Assembly: GCF_001194135.2 (NCBI RefSeq)
Contig: NC_068982.1
Span: 116,362,169 to 116,395,686, forward strand
DNA: 33,518 nt
Source: Octopus bimaculoides
Taxonomy: Eukaryota
Reading direction: 5' to 3'
The translations under genes were made by a program, and so were the position numbers. Positions within the stretch are counted from its first letter, which is position 1. Each line of letters begins with the position of its first letter. A model generated the notes under the pieces. That model had not been told where the DNA came from. It saw nothing but the letters and a program-made list of their open reading frames with translations, and did no database searches. This document shows positions 1 to 33,518 of this stretch, one piece after another.

Positions 1-66
1 TGTAAGGACGGACGAAATGCTGCTGAGCATTTTGCCCGGCATGCCAACGATTCTGCCAGCTCACCT

Positions 67-102
<36 letters not shown>

Positions 103-257
103 AACTACTACTGATTATAATCCATTCTACTAAAGGCACAAGGCCTGAAATTTTGGGGGAGGGGACTAGACTATTACGCCGACCCCAGTGTTTCACTAGT
201 ACTTAATTTATAGATCCCCAAAGGATAAAAGGCAAAGTCGACCCCAACGGAATTTGA

Positions 258-258
<1 letters not shown>
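1..258 (-). mobile_element. Family A SINE head (1-68) and headless body (118-258) separated and bounded by (ACT)n
   Basis: Matches to the family A head and core; (ACT)n at ~69-113 and ~259-302. Confidence 0.8.
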
Positions 259-303
<45 letters not shown>

Positions 304-604
304 ATAATAATAATAATGCTTTAGCAATGGTAATTTTACTACAAATGAAGCCTATTTTCGGCTTTTTCGCCGTTATTTATCACCATCATAAAATCGGACT
401 AACTTCTGGATCAATAAAACTAAAAATATCTTGGTGCACCGGCATGGCTGCAGTCCAAAGACTGAACTCAGTAAAAGTATATTTGCATAACACACACATC
501 CACCTACACAAACACATGTATATATATTTCATGTATGTGTGTGGGTGTGTGTGTGTGTTTGTGTGTGTCTGCGTATTAATGTATATATATTTTTTTCGAC
601 TCAC

Positions 605-30570
<29,966 letters not shown>

Positions 30571-30649
30571 TTTGTCGCTGTCGTTGATCTGATAATAAAA
30601 AAAAAAGATAGTAAATAGGATTATACATACATACATAAGATTATTGGTG

Positions 30650-31500
30650 GAACATTCTCACTCTTCAGGTCGTTGTTTATGAATTCAGTGTGTATCTGGA
30701 ATGAGTTTTTTTTGGACTGTGTGTTAGAACTCAGTATGGAATGTTAAAGAGGAGTGAAGCAAAGTAAGATTTCACAGGAATGGATGTTTCCAAAAGAGCC
30801 AACACATAGAGCTTGCATAGGATGTAGTGTTGAAGATATTACACAAAGAAGAGTGTCGGTGTCGGGAAGAATATAGTTCGGAGTAATTTTAGTGATGGTT
30901 TTAAATGGGGAATAAGTATATTATGTGAAAAAGGAATTTTAGTATCCGGTAAATCTGACGACTTTCGGGACCCATAGAGGTAGTCACTAAAGAGTGAGAA
31001 ACAAAGAGAGACAGAAATTAAAAGTGATGAAGTGATTGTGGACAACATTTTGTCTTATCTCCAAGAGTGTGACAGATAGGCATTTAGCTGAATCAGAGAA
31101 GGAACACTCAAAAGATGGGAACGGATTAAGACGGAGATTGAAGTGTTTCGAGAGGATATGAATTCATTATTTGAGTGTGATGGAAGGGATACCATAAATA
31201 CTGGCTGCTTTGTTAAATTGGAGGGATAGGAGAAGTTTTTCCGTGGTGGTAAGATCGTTTTGGAGGTGGTAGGTGGAAGAGGGCTTTTTTTTTTTAGTGC
31301 TTGCCGTATGGAGTTGGAGACCAAGGAAATAGCAATTGTAAATGAGATCCACTTGAAGAACTTGTTGTAAGTTGGTAGGTGGAACAGCTTGCTGATTGTG
31401 CGATACATAAAGGCGACATGATTTTCGGACAGTAGTCTTGCAGGCTTCGTGGTAGACGACTTCCCAGTGATTTCCTCAATCCAGCTATCACTATATTTCC
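30650..31500 (-). mobile_element. Heavily degraded Penelope-like element RT fragment
   Basis: Ordered minus-strand remnants YCPKI, SASCSTYQL, SIYGIP, HFNLRLNPFPS, HNHFITFN, TSMG resemble PLE RT motifs YxLPKIHK, VSACSCPTE, SLYTNIP, NxFxFN, GxAMG. Recognition is by eye only. Confidence 0.5.
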
Positions 31501-31527
31501 TTGCTTGATGTTTAAAACAATTCTTTA

Positions 31528-31742
31528 GGGCTCGAGCTGACAGAATCGTTAGCACTCCGGGCGAAATGCTTAGCGACATTTCGTCCGTCTTTACGTTCTG
31601 TGTTCATATTCCGCCGAGGTCGACTTTGCTTTTCATTCTTTCTGAGGTCGATAAAATAAGTACCCATTGAACACTGAGGTCGATGTACTTGACTTCTGCC
31701 CATCCCTCGCAAAGTGCTGGCCTTGTGCCAAAATTTGAAATG
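31528..31742 (+). mobile_element. Family A SINE
   Basis: Full head, core and ggccttgtgccaaaatttgaaa 3' end. Confidence 0.85.
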
Positions 31743-32759
31743 GATATTTAAAACACTTCTGAGAAGCGTTTACCTCACAGTTCACGAGGATATCTTTTGT
31801 TTACCCGGAACCTCTCATTAATTATTAATACAAGTAGGAAGCATTGTAATAGTCACTGGGGTAGATTGCTTTCAGCCATGAATATATCAGCTTTAACTAA
31901 GATGTCATTGTTCGTCACGAAATCCTACCGGAGTACTTTTAAAATAATTCGTAGTCAATATTGATAAAAGTAGCAGACATATACTACCTGTGCTGTAACC
32001 GCGCTTTTGATCAAAACAATAATGAGGTGGACGATCTCAGGCAGACTTAGATATTAGTAGAGATGAAAAGTGTAAGGAGAGTCTACCAACCTATCACTTG
32101 CTTTTGACAGATACCTAGCGTGGTATATTTGGTAATAAGTTGCAAATATCAGCGAAACTTTGTAGTAAATTTAGCTGCGTGCGTTTGATGCAAAATCACA
32201 GAAGGACCAGAAGATGGCTGAAACAAACTTTTGGCTTTCTTCAGATATAGAGATCTAAAGAACCTTATCACTTTAGAAAAGGAATCAATATTACGCAGAA
32301 GTGTTTCTGATGAAAGGGGCAACAGAGTCCGATTGGTATAAAGCTTCTCCAAGTATTTCACCGACATTTAGTTTCTTGACTGAATTCGGTTACGTTTAAC
32401 GAAATCCTCCATCAACGCAGAGACTGACGTGAACGACCTTGTCGAGACTCATGTTGAAGAAGAACAACAAAAGTATCGCAACTCTAACATTTCTGCTTCA
32501 GGCCATTAGAAATAGAAAAGGTAGCTGTGCATGTTCGTTCTTGTTGTCTTCTCTTTCAGACCATTCTGGAGTTGGATGATCTAAGGAAAATTGGAGAGCA
32601 TTCATTCTAAATGTAATGTCAATTATTAGCAAACTGAACTTGGCACTTGCCACTCTTGCCTCTTTTAACAAGATCTAGGTTGTAATTTTTTCCCTTCATT
32701 ACGAGTGTAAAATATAATTGCTTAAAACATTATTATGAGTTCACTATATTAAGTAGGCG

Positions 32760-33175
32760 ATGCTACTCTCACATACGTGAGGTTTTAATTGATTGCATTA
32801 ACATCAGATTCAGGATTAAGCCGAGGCTGAGGCCACGTGCCATACATCTACAAACACAATTCAGGATCACAACACATAAATTCACTGCAACAATTTCTTT
32901 TCCTCAACAGGCCTTTCTTTATTTAATATAATCCCAAATCAAACCAGAGAAGAAATAGATCCTATCACTGTCAAACTAAATCTGGACAAATTTCTTCAAG
33001 AGATACCAGATAAGCTATTTATACCTGGATAAATCTCAGTGAACAACAACTCCCGACTTGAATGGGCCATGATACCACAAAACTTGACTTAACAGATCCT
33101 ACGAAGTGGTGCTATTAAGATAGATGTGGCCGGAGGGTCAATCCTTAGCCAAAACATATCTAAATTGTCTAAGTT
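32760..33175 (+). mobile_element. 3' end of a CR1-group LINE (ORF2 C-terminus plus 3'UTR) ending at a (CA)n tract
   Basis: FNIIPNQTREEIDPITVKLNLDKFLQEIPDKLFIPG*ISVNNNSRLEWA resembles the GPxLFNxLP...FKxxLDKFLxxIPDxP..PGY...NSL terminus of CR1-group LINEs. Confidence 0.7.
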
Positions 33176-33518
33176 ACACACACACACACACACACAAACA
33201 CACCCACACACACACACATCGTCAGTGGATCATTAGTTGCGTTCACTTCTGATTAAGATTTCTCAACTATTTTTTACATTAAACCTTTTCTTTACCTTCT
33301 TTACTTTAGTCCCATATTCTTTATGGTTACTTTAGATTAAGATGTTCTTAAATATCTTTTACATTGTGCCTTTTACTATAGTTCTATAATTTTTCTATAA
33401 TTTTTCTATTATAGTCCTCCCATTAAGAAAATATTTCTTTACTAAACTTTCGATCGAGACTACATCCCTGACTATCACAATGATTTTCTTTTAATTCAGA
33501 ATTTCTTAATTATCTTTT

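Noticed and set aside
330-480. Candidate for the next VMAT exon (expected xAFLPxxxxYLIG-like)
   Set aside because: No minus-strand frame resembles TM8; the next exon must lie beyond position 1.
32149-32367. 72-aa minus-strand ORF upstream of the gene, and a plus-strand acceptor-like tract at ~32540-32558
   Set aside because: No recognisable motif or consistent exon structure.

Overview
Eukaryotic, AT-rich, microsatellite-dense genomic DNA with four assembly gaps (4880-4889, 9809-9818, 16016-16163, 28556-28873). The repeat content (tRNA-derived SINE families, microsatellite load) suggests an octopus/coleoid cephalopod genome; this is inference, not a database result. The one host gene I can support is a minus-strand vesicular amine transporter (SLC18/VMAT family). 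Nine coding exons (30570 down to 605; 976 nt, about 325 aa, roughly TM1 to past TM7) were assembled by hand with canonical AG/GT sites and consistent phases; the 3' exons lie beyond position 1. The introns and upstream region hold a full-length decayed Tc1-family DD36E transposon, Tc1/mariner MITEs, two foldback elements, fragments of Tx1/L1, CR1-group, Penelope-like and RLE-type (R4/Dong-like) retroelements, and about 20 SINE copies. I found no prokaryotic-type system, CRISPR array or rRNA. The best leads are the divergent binding pocket of this VMAT, a SINE flanked by a 116-bp direct repeat, inverted repeats bracketing VMAT exons, a DD36E transposon, and RLE LINE fragments sitting in microsatellites. 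None is shown to be a new system.
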